In this document: piece by piece, positions 62,672 through 64,000 of the stretch
Position numbering within the stretch: the first letter of the stretch is position 1
Layout of the letters: every line of letters starts with the position of its first letter
IMG/VR virus record: IMGVR_UViG_3300012007_000010
Span: 64,001-128,000 of that record
Reading direction: 5' to 3' (one strand)
Origin: a virus
Taxonomy: Duplodnaviria; Heunggongvirae; Uroviricota; Caudoviricetes
Length of the DNA: 64,000 bases
Position numbers and translations under genes: made by a program
Notes under the pieces: generated by a model
Databases searched by the model: none
What the model was told of the DNA's origin: nothing
What the model saw: the letters and a program-made list of their open reading frames with translations, nothing else

Positions 62672-62749
62672 ATCGCTTTTATTTTTACAAGTTACTGACC
62701 CCACTCCTGCCCTCCCCTACGATGTGAGGGCAGGGCTGGGGCTCATTCT

Positions 62750-63214
62750 TTACTCTTCGCTGTCCTCCTCTTTCTTGTACTCGAAGACATCCATGATCTT
62801 AGTCTCGGCGATGTTCGACTTCTCGTAGTCAATCATCGTGCCGTCCATCACTTCGTTGATGTTCTTGACTGCGCCGTCGAGCGTGGCGGCCTGTACGAGG
62901 TAGGTGACGTTGCTGCGCTTCTCCTTCTCGGTTTTCTCGTCGATGGTGATGAATACGAGCTTGGCCTTGTAATAGCGGTCGCTCATTTCCGCATCGTCGA
63001 AGAACACCTCCTTGTACTGTGCCTTTTTCACGTCAGTGATTTCAAACTCGCCGCTGATGTAGGCGGACATTTCCTCGGTGATGCGCTTCTCGGCCTCACT
63101 GAAGCTGATGGCATCCACCACATACTGTTCTGTCACTTTCTTCTGCAAGCCGTCCTCCATTGCCTTCTCGTAACGAATCTTGCACTCAAACCATGTTGCT
63201 GTTGTTGATCTCAT
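62750..63214 (-). CDS. DUF4494 domain protein
   Basis: WFECKIRYEK..EDGLQKKVTEQYVVDAISFSEAEKRI. Confidence 0.85.
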   Translation of the reverse strand: MRSTTATWFECKIRYEKAMEDGLQKKVTEQYVVDAISFSEAEKRITEEMSAYISGEFEITDVKKAQYKEVFFDDAEMSDRYYKAKLVFITIDEKTEKEKRSNVTYLVQAATLDGAVKNINEVMDGTMIDYEKSNIAETKIMDVFEYKKEEDSEE

Positions 63215-63265
63215 TGTTGTTGATGTTTTAAGCCTGCTGTCGCAGGGAAATTAGTTAAAAATTAC

Positions 63266-63439
63266 TCACTGCTTCACAATGATGTCCTTATACTCCGTTT
63301 CAATATATTCCTTCAGTCCATAGAATGTCCTGCGCTCCATGAGCGAAGATGAAACAATCATGCGACGCATGGCCTCGATGTCTTGTTCGGTGACGATGAT
63401 TTGCAGCTCGTCGTCCTGCGTTTTACCAAAATGTACCAT
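63266..63439 (-). CDS. Small hypothetical protein
   Basis: 57 aa. Confidence 0.55.
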   Translation of the reverse strand: MVHFGKTQDDELQIIVTEQDIEAMRRMIVSSSLMERRTFYGLKEYIETEYKDIIVKQ

Positions 63440-63443
63440 AATG

Positions 63444-63998
63444 CTATTTGTTTTGAGGGTTAAACATACTCCAGTCCTTGCCAACGGCATTGGGATAGTC
63501 GTCGAAGATCTTGTGCAGCTCGTCGTCGCTGAACAGGCGGTGCTTGCCGGTGCCGCCGATAAAGTCGCGAAACGACTGCTTCCAGTACACTGTGGCGCGG
63601 TCTCGCGTCTGCTGCATCACGTCCTGCACGAAGGCCAGACAGCGGGCGGGGTCATAGGGCTCGAATGTCTTTCCGCCCAGCGTGAAGCCGCTGCGGCATA
63701 CCTTCGTGCCACGGGTCATCAGCCCGATCTTGAAGTGCTCGCAGCCCGCGTCGAGCGCCTGCTGTATCATGCGGAAGCTGGAGTCGAAGTCAATGACCGG
63801 CTCGATGCTGGCCCAGGTCTTGAAGCCAGCGGCGGCCATGTCCTGCATTGCAGCGATGCGCCGGGCGTTGGTGGCGGCGTTCGGCTCCAGCTCGTCGTGG
63901 CCTGTCAGCGTCCAGCCGAGGGCGATGCACTGAAAGTCTGGTGTGGTGAGGTCGGCATGGGGTGCCCAGATGTATCGCTCACAATGCCGTATGCAGTC
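63444..63998 (-). CDS. Radical-SAM/SPL-like protein, C-terminal part (5' end beyond window)
   Basis: Frame open to window edge; GWTLTGHDELEPNA...RI.A...GFKTWASIEP. Confidence 0.55.
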   Translation of the reverse strand, partial: DCIRHCERYIWAPHADLTTPDFQCIALGWTLTGHDELEPNAATNARRIAAMQDMAAAGFKTWASIEPVIDFDSSFRMIQQALDAGCEHFKIGLMTRGTKVCRSGFTLGGKTFEPYDPARCLAFVQDVMQQTRDRATVYWKQSFRDFIGGTGKHRLFSDDELHKIFDDYPNAVGKDWSMFNPQNK

Positions 63999-64000
63999 GA

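Overview
64 kb of a temperate tailed phage of a Bacteroidota host (probably Prevotella-like) that appears to be maintained as a plasmid (phage-plasmid). Host assignment rests on at least nine TTG-N19-21-TAnnTTTG promoters, DUF4494/DUF3127/DUF4120-type genes and a Bacteroidota-type bL12 N-terminus. Layout: (1) 1.1-10.9 kb, minus strand: portal-like protein, large and putative small terminase, GH19 endolysin, DNA methyltransferase, lipoprotein, tRNA-Gln. (2) 11-16.3 kb: AACCGCACAA centromere array, parA plus a small centromere-binding candidate, an iteron origin, a Rep_3-type initiator and a DnaA-domain-I/DnaC-like ATPase fusion. (3) 17.8-21.5 kb: tRNA-fMet, tRNA-Tyr, u-spanin-like protein, HU-like protein. 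(4) 22-55.7 kb: about 58 co-oriented plus-strand early/anti-defence-type genes (DUF4120, PcfK, PcfJ, ArdC, J-domain, BRCT, HNH, TnpB, 1716-aa DarB-like MTase-helicase). (5) 55.8-64 kb, minus strand: DNA-metabolism/middle genes. Best leads: a chimeric protein carrying the ribosomal bL12 N-terminal (uL10-binding) domain but a phage-type tail instead of the GTPase-recruiting domain; 11 early proteins ending in ssrA-like -AA; precisely spaced GGAGG Shine-Dalgarno motifs on early genes in a phylum that generally does not use SD; strand-specific CTAT over-representation; a C4/CI-like antisense RNA switch; a ~295-nt structured RNA candidate and a tRNA-like mini-element at the head of the early region; and a hairpin+ACTGAACGA element at five late-operon gene junctions. 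All family calls are by motif recognition from memory; no searches were run.
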